A stretch of 54,984 bases of DNA from Thraustochytrium aureum (lineage: Eukaryota): positions 120,105 to 175,088 of the forward strand of contig BLSG01000291.1 in assembly GCA_012862495.1 (NCBI GenBank). Direction: 5' to 3'. Under the pieces are notes generated by a model. It searched no databases, was not told where the DNA came from, and worked only from the letters and a program-made list of their open reading frames with translations. Positions within the stretch are counted from its first letter, which is position 1, and the number at the start of each line of letters is the position of its first letter. Position numbers and translations under genes: made by a program. Below are positions 46,153 to 54,984 of the stretch, in pieces.

Positions 46153-47133
46153 NNNNNNNNNNNNNNNNNNNNNNNNNNNNNNNNNNNNNNNNNNNNNNNN
46201 NNNNNNNNNNNNNNNNNNNNNNNNNNNNNNNNNNNNNNNNNNNNNNNNNNNNNNNNNNNNNNNNNNNNNNNNNNNNNNNNNNNNNNNNNNNNNNNNNNNN
46301 NNNNNNNNNNNNNNNNNNNNNNNNNNNNNNNNNNNNNNNNNNNNNNNNNNNNNNNNNNNNNNNNNNNNNNNNNNNNNNNNNNNNNNNNNNNNNNNNNNNN
46401 NNNNNNNNNNNNNNNNNNNNNNNNNNNNNNNNNNNNNNNNNNNNNNNNNNNNNNNNNNNNNNNNNNNNNNNNNNNNNNNNNNNNNNNNNNNNNNNNNNNN
46501 NNNNNNNNNNNNNNNNNNNNNNNNNNNNNNNNNNNNNNNNNNNNNNNNNNNNNNNNNNNNNNNNNNNNNNNNNNNNNNNNNNNNNNNNNNNNNNNNNNNN
46601 NNNNNNNNNNNNNNNNNNNNNNNNNNNNNNNNNNNNNNNNNNNNNNNNNNNNNNNNNNNNNNNNNNNNNNNNNNNNNNNNNNNNNNNNNNNNNNNNNNNN
46701 NNNNNNNNNNNNNNNNNNNNNNNNNNNNNNNNNNNNNNNNNNNNNNNNNNNNNNNNNNNNNNNNNNNNNNNNNNNNNNNNNNNNNNNNNNNNNNNNNNNN
46801 NNNNNNNNNNNNNNNNNNNNNNNNNNNNNNNNNNNNNNNNNNNNNNNNNNNNNNNNNNNNNNNNNNNNNNGTTGGTGATAATTTGAGTGCGTTACGTGTG
46901 CCTCCGAGACGCTCCCGAGCTGAAGCTGGAGCTCGACGATGGGGACGAGGCCGCGCCGGTGACGGGTGCCAGGGCGTGCTGTTAAAGCGAATGGGGCACC
47001 TCGATGCGCCCGCAAACGCTGCGCCAGCAAACGCTGCGCCAGTCGTTGAAGAGACAACGGTTGAAAAATGCCAAAGTAGCGTGGTTGCCAGGGCCCCAAG
47101 TCGGGAGCACGCAGGTCCTCACAGCCGCGCAAC

Positions 47134-49026
47134 TCACGGCTGCGCGACCGCGCTGTTGCCCGAGCAGCAGGCGCCAGCTGCGTTCTCGCCCGAACGCGCA
47201 GACGAAGATGAGGCAACAGACGAGGGGCGACGCACGACCTTGACGGGCGCCGCTCGCGTGTTCGAGTCCTCCACGTCCTCCATGAAGGCGCAGCAAGGGT
47301 CGGCAGACTCGCCAATGTCGTCATCAGCGCCACCCGCCGCGCCCTTGGCGTCGCCAGCGACACGCTGGCGGTGCATGTTGAGGAGAAAGTGGCCGGTTGA
47401 GAGCCCGAGCACAATTGCGACAAAGAGCGGGATCGCGTACGTCATCGCCAGCAGCATTGCGAGGTACCCGCATGTGACCTGGAGAACGTACATGAGCATG
47501 TAGAGCGAGTTCTCCGCGAGCCGGCTCGAAAAGCGGCGCTCGCGGCGCGAGTTGCGACGGCGGGCATAAATGATCCCCTCCGTGAACATGCCAAAGAGAA
47601 AGGTGCCGATCGTGCCGATGGCGTACTTGGCGGGCGTGTCGAGGGACCACGACTCGAAAAAGATGACCACGCAGGCCTCAGAGGGACCCACGCCGGTAAA
47701 GCCAAGCATGTACATCGCCGTCCCAACCCCGTTGCAGACGCCTTCAGTGTTGACCCTGACCTCCGGTTCGCAGGTAATTACGCAGGTCGGGCAGTGGTCG
47801 TCGCCGGGGACCCAGATGTCGCCGCCCGGTGTCATGCAAGACACGTCGGTGGGCTTGCTTGTCGGCGTGCAGCCCGAGGTTTCCGGGTTGAAGGGGCGGC
47901 ACTCCATCCAGCAGAAGAACTCGCCGAGCGGGCAGCTGTTGGCGGCGTCCGCGAGGCGGCGCCCCTCTGAGCAGCCAAGCGACATGGCCGGCGGCGCCTT
48001 GGACTGGCCTGCAACGACGGCCTCCATCTTGTTGTGACGGATCTCGCCAAACGTCTTGTTCGACGCCTCGTGCACGGCATCCTGCGGGGGCAACATCATG
48101 CGGCCGTACCAGAGACGCAGGATCGAATCGGCGGTACGCTTGGACGAGGAGCAGGCCTCTCCGAGGCGAAGGGCATGCGGCACGCTGCGCATTGGGGGGC
48201 ACCGACCGAACCACTCGCTTGTGGCGTCACCCATCATGAACACCAGGACGTCGCCATCGTCGGCGAAGCGCGGGGCCACGATGCGGCCCGCCGGGTCCTC
48301 CACGTAAAAGCCGAGCGCGGGGTCGATGCCCTGGATGGGGTCCACAGTCGTCGGCTCCGCCCACATGGACGGGGTGAAGGCAATAAAGAGGCCGTCGTCG
48401 GCGTGCATGTCGAGCGTGTTGAGCGCGTTCGGATCGTGGTTGGTGCAGTTGGCTTCGTACGTGTGAAAGTGCTCCAGGTGCTCGCCGGCGTTGAGGAATT
48501 GCCACATGTTTTCATAGTCGGGACGGTGGGCCTCGAGGGAGCGCGCGAAAACCTCGTAACGGTTGGTGTGCGTGCCACACAGCTCGTCCAGCTGCGCAAA
48601 GACGAGGTTGGATACACGGGTTATCAGGTTGCGCAGCGTGGTGCTTTCGCGCTCGAACGCGACGCACTCGGCAGGCACGGTCTCGTTCCCGAACAGGGTC
48701 TGCAGCTCGAGTCCGTACGCCTTGCCGAGCTGCGTGGCGGCCGCAAACGTGCGGCGCACGGTCCCGTCGGGGAACCTGAACGCGTGCAGCTCGTCCGCCG
48801 CCACGGCGCACTTGCCGGCGAGGCCCAGCACCTTGCGGCGCAGCTGAGCAAACCCAGGCACGCCGGTCACCTGAAACATGCCGTCCACAGCGAGCAGCTT
48901 CTTGAGCTCCACTGCGGCCTCATCGCTCACTAGCTGCACATACCCAACCTCGGGCACCGCATACTGCTGCTGCGCCGCCGCGCCGCCGGCAGCGGCGAGC
49001 ACGAGCACCGTGGCCAACGCCCTCAT
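47134..49026 (-). CDS. Signal peptide + 2OG-Fe(II) oxygenase-like domain + Cys-rich linker + Ctr copper transporter
   Basis: Intact ORF. HLEHFH, LDMHADDGLFIAFTP (HxD), RSVPHAL (distal H), RLWYGRM. Ctr part: MYMLGF..FFESW, TM with MLLAM (MxxxM), GLSTG (GxxxG). Confidence 0.85.
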   Translation of the reverse strand: MRALATVLVLAAAGGAAAQQQYAVPEVGYVQLVSDEAAVELKKLLAVDGMFQVTGVPGFAQLRRKVLGLAGKCAVAADELHAFRFPDGTVRRTFAAATQLGKAYGLELQTLFGNETVPAECVAFERESTTLRNLITRVSNLVFAQLDELCGTHTNRYEVFARSLEAHRPDYENMWQFLNAGEHLEHFHTYEANCTNHDPNALNTLDMHADDGLFIAFTPSMWAEPTTVDPIQGIDPALGFYVEDPAGRIVAPRFADDGDVLVFMMGDATSEWFGRCPPMRSVPHALRLGEACSSSKRTADSILRLWYGRMMLPPQDAVHEASNKTFGEIRHNKMEAVVAGQSKAPPAMSLGCSEGRRLADAANSCPLGEFFCWMECRPFNPETSGCTPTSKPTDVSCMTPGGDIWVPGDDHCPTCVITCEPEVRVNTEGVCNGVGTAMYMLGFTGVGPSEACVVIFFESWSLDTPAKYAIGTIGTFLFGMFTEGIIYARRRNSRRERRFSSRLAENSLYMLMYVLQVTCGYLAMLLAMTYAIPLFVAIVLGLSTGHFLLNMHRQRVAGDAKGAAGGADDDIGESADPCCAFMEDVEDSNTRAAPVKVVRRPSSVASSSSARSGENAAGACCSGNSAVAQP

Positions 49027-49767
49027 CCTGCGGGCGAAAGCAAGCAAGCAAGCTCCACGACTTGAACCAGCAGCAGCAGTGTAGCAGGAGCACGAAATGC
49101 AAAACCGCGCAGCGCTTCACGCGGCTCGATGCGCACAAAACGAGGATCCGCCGCGCTGCTCTTGCCCTGCAGGTCCCGAACGATCGGGGTCTGTCGGGCT
49201 CCTCGGCCGCATTGACATCCAGCCGCAGGAAGCGACATGAAGGACTACATCGCAAGAGTCCGGCTATACAGTGTCGTCGGCGAAACATGGCAGTTCAAGC
49301 GCAACATTCAATGATAAGAGGCAACGCGCGCTGGGGTGTATTTGCGGCGATCGCGGCGGAGGTGCCCGTCGGCCAAAATGGCGTGCGCTGGAAGCATGGT
49401 GGCAGGCAAATGGCGTGCAAGTTCGGCGGCGAGGAGGGAGGATGCGCTTGTCTCCTGAAGTGTCCCCTTTTGTCAAGAAAACGGGAGTTGGTTTGGCAGC
49501 GGAGGTTCTTAGCCTGTTGTTGCTGTGCAGCACGGCGCCGAATCCCGGGCTCAACTCGCGGAATTCGCGGCAGTCTGATGAGATGATGACTTGCGTGACC
49601 TGATGAGGAATGAATGCTACTTGCCAGAGCGTGGGTTTCTAAAGAATTCTGAACTGATTCTGGCCGCGGTTCGGCGATTGGGCCCCGGTGTCGGCCTTCG
49701 CGGAGCGGCTAAACGCCGCCGAGTATCGACCGAGGTTCAAGGCGCTCAGCTGTCGAGCTCTGGAGAG

Positions 49768-51436
49768 CTAGAGACGCGAGGGCTTGGACGGCGAGGCAGA
49801 CAGCCGGCCCGCAGGCACGAACAGGGCGTGGAAGCCAAACGGGACGCGCGACGGAATGCGCACAGAGTAGAGCGGCGTGGGCGACATGGTGTATGCATCA
49901 AAAACGCAAAACTCCGACCGCTGCGAAGCCTCGTCGAACAGAATTGTGAGGAGGAAGCCGTCGTCGTCGCCGCGCAACGGGGCGCCTTTGGTCCGAGGGA
50001 CGAAGATGCACTCGCCTCCGAGGCGGTCCGCTCCAAAGTCGATGAAACCCGCCGAACCCGACGAGCTCGCCATGTCAACCTTGTGCACTCCACGAACAGC
50101 AACCGGCTTGTGCGGCTCAAATGCGCAGATAAAGCCAAAGCGCGTTGGGCGGCCCACGCTCTGCGGGGCCACCACCGGGAAGTCGAGCGCTCTGGGAGGG
50201 TCGTCCAGGATGGTCTCGCAAACCACAGACTCTGCCGCGAGGTCGAGCGTGTACTTGCAGAGCTTGTTGCGCTCGTCGTCCGCGAGGTCTCGCTTGAGCG
50301 AATCCAGCGAAAGGTCGAACCGGTCGATGCGGCAGGCCACCAGGCAGATCCGCGACGCGCTCTCTTCCCAGGCGTTCATGATGTGAAACACCATGTGGGG
50401 CTCCGTCTTGAGCCACTTGACGCGCGAGGGGTCCGTCTCGCCCTTGCGCATGACGCCGATCCGCGCCTCCTTGTTTGTGTCAAAGACGAAGGGCAGCTTG
50501 CCGTCGCCCTGGAGCATCGCCTCGCCCTTGAAAGCGAGGCTGAGGTCCAGGAAGATGACATGGTTGGCCGTGATGGCAAAGTCGTGCATCATGATCGGAG
50601 CAGGCAGGTCTATGCCGAGCGTCAGGGTCGGCGTCCCGCGCTCGTCCAGCTCATAGTACTTGAGGAACGGCTTTTGCATCTGGTATCCAAACGCGTGAAG
50701 CCGCCCGGTTTCAGGGTCCACCTTGGGGTGGGCCGTGAATGGCGTCATGAGCGGGAGTGCGATCGGGCCGGCGGTGCCGAGCCGCCCGCTCGCGCTGAAC
50801 GTGAGCTCGTAGGGGATATCGCTCTCGTTCAGGGCCAGAAGGCGCCCCGCGTGCTCGACCAGCGCGGTGTTGGCCGTCGAGCCGCGCTTGCAACCGCCCG
50901 ACTTTACGCGCAGTTCAAAGGCCAGCATGCGGAGGAGGCCGCTCCAGCCGCTCATCTCGCCAATCTTTGGGAAAAGTCCGCGCTGCCGCTTCTTCTCCTC
51001 GAGGAGCTTGACGGTCTCGATCTGATGACGCTGGTACGTGGGGCCTTCGGAGGCGCTCAGCCGCACTGCGTGGCACATGCCGTCCCCGTCGAAAAGGTCT
51101 GCGTCGCCGAGCAACGGGGTTAGCCTCGCCGCCGGGGGCTCTCGCGGGTGCAATGCTTGCCATCGGCAGGGTCGACGGAACGTCTGTGGACTTACGATAA
51201 CCAGCGGTGGGCTTGAAAACTTGGTTGGGCCCGGTGCGCAGAAACCACCCTTCCAGTCCCTCGGGCACCGTCCCGGTCGTCTCGAGCTCATTGCCCCCGA
51301 CGAAGACGTCGCCCTCCACAGGAGCGTAGTTGCCTTCAAAGAGCTCTGCGCCTCGCTTCTCCGCCTCAGCCGAAGTGAGACCAGCGGCGACGGCCTCGAG
51401 CACCTTGGCGAGACCTTCGCCGCCCCACGCCAACAT
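49768..51436 (-). CDS. Carotenoid oxygenase (CCD/NCED/RPE65 family) with C-terminal PTS1 SRL; intron 51099-51195
   Basis: GNYAPV, RTGPN, YHLFDGDG (after splicing), ANT, TAHPKVDP, MMHDFAIT, FHIMNAWE, GGE..FVP, VPFGFH. All four Fe-binding His are present. Ends PSRL*. Confidence 0.93.
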
Positions 51437-52333
51437 CTTTCAGCCACCTAAGCGAGCCGCGACCAACCACGCGGGCGAGCCAACGGGCTTGCAAGCGATC
51501 CAGCTCGAGCAGGCAAGCGCGCCGCCAACTTGTTGCGGGTTTGGAAGCAACCGAGTGCCTTGATGAGGGCCAACTTGGCACGCTGCAAAGTCGACACACG
51601 TCCCGACCTGCCGGACAGACGGCGGCGGGCGCATGGGCAAGCCAAGCCCCTCATGGGCTGCCCTCATGCGCTGCCAGCGGCTGCACGCCAGCCAGACTCG
51701 AGCTCGGGCTCCTCGTTGCGTCCTCGCTCGATGCGCGACTGAATCGGCCAGGCCCGACAGGTGGTTGTGGCTGGTGGCCAAGTCCACAGGACGCCGGCCA
51801 CGCCCTGAAAGGAAGCAGCACGCCCAAGCTGCGCGGGCAGAGCGAACGGGGCAGCGCCCGGCGTGGCGCGCGCGGTCGCTCTTCGAGCTGCAACGCGGCG
51901 CTCGCGAGGACTTGATCTCGAAGCGTTGCCAGGCTTTCTTGCGGTGGTTTTTTTCGAATGAATCATCAAGATACATACAAGATGAAGACGATTGTTTTTT
52001 TGAAAACGGTGGTCGTTGCAGCATGCTGCGCTCGTGCAGCAGTGCCTGAATGCGCCGCTGGGCATCGAGCACAGGGCGGTGCTGGTGGCGCTGCAGCGAC
52101 CTGCCCCCCCGCCCCGGCGCAGCGCTGTGCCTGCGGCCTGGCCTCGCTGCGCCTTGCCGCGAGTCTTGGGCGGCAGTTTGGTTGGTAAAGTTGAACTCGC
52201 CACGGGCCTGCGACAGGTCGGCGGTTTCACGGTGCTGGGCGCGGCTGGAGGCGGCTGTGCTGGCGCTGCGGGCTCGGAGTTTGCTCGGGGTTTGGGAGAC
52301 CGGACCTGCTTGGCCTCGCGTGCGGGCGGTGCC

Positions 52334-54984
52334 ATGTTTGGCAAGTCGACGTCGCAGCGCTTCTGCGGCCCAGAGCGGTCACGGCCGAGCTTGGACCCGG
52401 CGCATATGATACAGAAAGGCAGAGTCTGTGCTGCGCTCAAGGGCGTACCAAAGCCTGCCAAAGTCTGGGACCGAGCGCTTCAACGACCGCTATGGCGACG
52501 AAAACCTTGGGCCTGGCGCGTACAACACGTACCTCTCTAACGTCGGCTCTGGACCCGGCAGCTCCGCTGTGGCTGCCAAGCGAACCGCCACAAAGCCGCC
52601 GCGAAAGTCCACGTCTATAGCGGGGTCTGCTATCAAGCGCCGCGCCAGCATGCTGTCTTCGCCGAGCACCTCGAGCGGCCCGTCGGTTTGCGAGCCAGAG
52701 CCGGAACGCCTCCGCCGCCGCCTACGGCAGGCGCTGGCGGAGCGCGACTCCTTGCAAACACAAAACAATGCGCTTTCGGCCCGCGTTGCACAACTCGGCG
52801 ACAGCGAGCACTGTCTGAAGGAGACGCAAGAGGAGCTCGAGCAGGTCAAGGGGCAACTCCACGCAACACTCACACGCGTGAAAAACGACATTATCCGAGC
52901 CCAAGCGGCGTCTGCTGCAGCGCTGCGCAGAGCAATGCAGCTCGAAGCGCAGGTAGTTGCCTCTCGAGACTCCCACGCAGCCGTGGAACGAGAAGCGGAG
53001 GCGCTGCGAGACGCGGCGGATCGGGCAGCTGTTGAACAAGCTGGGCTCCGCGCAGCACTTCTCAACGCCGCTGCGAGCCAAACCAAGTTGGAAGGCGATC
53101 TCCGGCACACCAAGTTTGCTTTATGGGATGCACGCGAACGACTCGGCCTCGCCGAGCAGCACGCCTCAGACCAAGAGACTGCAGTGCGCGAGCTTGAGCA
53201 GCTCCTCGAGGATCGCGAACAAGACGATGTCGAAGAGCTCCCCACAGTTCGGCACTGGCTTCGTGCAACCGACGAACCGGACCCTGCATCGCCCCAAGTC
53301 CGGGAGGTTGTCCACGAGATGAGCGATCTAGTCGTGTCGCTCTCGGTGCTCGACGCCCAGGAATACAACCTCGAACTGGACGCCGCAGAATCGGCCCTCG
53401 GCGCGTGGCAAAGCGCGGACAGCCTTGTAGCGAGCTGGGCCGAGCACGAAGACGACGTTCAAGTGGAGCTCGACTGCGCCCTTGCAAACCTCAATTCGCA
53501 AAAGGAGCGGGCCGACCGGCTAGAGGTCGCGTACGCGGAGGCTCGCCAGGCAGCCGCCGTCGCGCAGGATTCGCTCGACGAGGGAGTCGCACAAGCAGAG
53601 CGCCTCGCACGCGAAGGTGCTGCTTTGCGGGCGAGACTCGAGGCGGTTCAGCTGGATGCCCGCGAGCGCCAGGACGCGCTTGAGTGCGAGCTAGCTGAAG
53701 CCAAGAGCAGCGCCGAAGCATTTGGAGCGACGAGCCAAGACCTTGCCGCCCAACTCGAGCACGCCAAGGGGGAACTCGGAGCAGAAACAGCCAAGCTGCG
53801 GGGGCTTGAAAACGAACTCGCCGAGCGCCAAGCCCAAGCCCAAGCAGAGGCGGAGATTGCGGCGACTGAGCTGGCAGCTGCCCAGAGCGAAGTGGACAAG
53901 CTCAAGCAGTCGTTCGGCAAAGAAATCTGCCAGGTCCAAGCCCGAGCCCAAGAAGAGGCGGCGAAAGCAGCGTCTGAGCTAGCGGCTATCCAGAACGAAA
54001 CGGTCAGGCTCGCGCAAACTTTCGAGTCCGAGCGCGCTGCAGCTGAGCAGGCGCACTGCGCGCTGGAGGCTGAGCTTTCGCAGGTCTCGTGCCAATTCGC
54101 AGCGCGCTCGAGCGAACTCGCCTCCGCCAAGCAGGAGATCGAACGGCTCGAGGCCACCATGGCCGAGACCCAGAGGGCACTGCAAGCCGCGCAAGATAGA
54201 GTCGAAGCGCTTTCTAGATCCGAGGCCGAACAAGCGGCCGAGGCTGCAGAGGTCCGCGAAAGCCTGATTGAGCTAGAGGCAAAAGTTGCCGAGCTAGGGC
54301 GAACCCTGTGGGAGAGCGGGGCGAGCGCAGAGTCGCTCATGTCGCAGCTAGAAGATGCGCGGCAGGAGCTGTCGTCTGCCCGAGCCGAACTCACTGCCCG
54401 CGAAAGCGACTCCCGCGCCGCCTCGAAGCGCGCCGATTTGGAGGCGCACCGGGCTTGCAAAGCCATCGGGGAATTGGAGGGCGCGCGCAGGGCCAACGCC
54501 GAGCTCGAACTGGCGCGCCAAGAACTCGCATCCCAGGTAGAGGCAACCACTGCAAAGGCGGCCGAGTCCCAGGCCTTCCTTCAAGCCGAGGTCGCGCGTC
54601 TTGAGACAGCAAACCGCGAGCTCGTTGACGCCAACCTGCGGCTCGAGGAGCAGGCGGCGGCAGCGCGGGGTGAGCTTGCGCTCCACGCGCAAGCGACTGT
54701 AGAGAAGGAGAGGGCGCTCGAGGAGCAAGTCGCCCAGGCCACAGAGCGCGCAGCCGCTGTGCAAGCGGCCCTCGTTCAATCCCACGCACGCGAGGAGGCT
54801 GCTCTCGGGTCGCGGGACCGCGCTGAGGAACGTTGCCTCAGCCTGCAAGGCACGGTAGCCGAACTTGGTGCCAGGGCTGTCAGCGCTGAAGAGGCTATGC
54901 AGCGCGCGGAGGCCGCGGCTGGCGAGGCAAAACGACTCGAGGAGACCGTAAAGGCCCTCGCTGAAGAGCGGCTTGGACTAATCG
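52334..54984 (+). CDS. Long coiled-coil protein with N-terminal GPGAY motifs (HMMR/SHIPPO-like); runs off the window end
   Basis: MFGKSTSQRF...LGPGAYD...ERFNDRYGDENLGPGAYN, read with small frame corrections at ~52380-52445, then more than 800 codons of heptad-rich E/A/L/Q sequence. It is absent from the ORF track because no stop is reached. Confidence 0.7.

Overview
GC-rich, gene-dense eukaryotic DNA (short GT-AG introns with CTRAC branch points, CCCTAA telomere-like motifs). The gene content suggests a heterotrophic protist, possibly a thraustochytrid/labyrinthulomycete; this is inference only. The assembly is draft quality: 14 N-gaps and many apparent single-base indels split real genes across ORFs. 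About 19 protein-coding loci can be read. Routine genes include an LRRC9-like protein, two mitochondrial phosphate carriers, a glutathionyl-hydroquinone reductase, a membrane-anchored GH13, a MidA-like methyltransferase-TPR, a carotenoid oxygenase and redoxins. No rRNA, tRNA, CRISPR array or clear transposon was seen. The standout is a ~6.1 kb gene (21939-28090, minus) encoding at least 13 tandem Pex14 N-terminal (Pex5-docking) domains joined to a PEX8-like helical C-terminus ending SRI, a candidate new peroxisomal import scaffold. Other unusual architectures: a PH-domain kinase with plant CCaMK/DMI3-like organisation; a MOB-RhoGEF-PH-TIR fusion with an apparent catalytic E-to-Q change; a secreted 2OG-Fe(II)-oxygenase-like domain fused to a Ctr copper transporter; and a 1900-aa surface protein with lectin and toxin-like regions. 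All family calls come from motif recognition by eye, not database searches.
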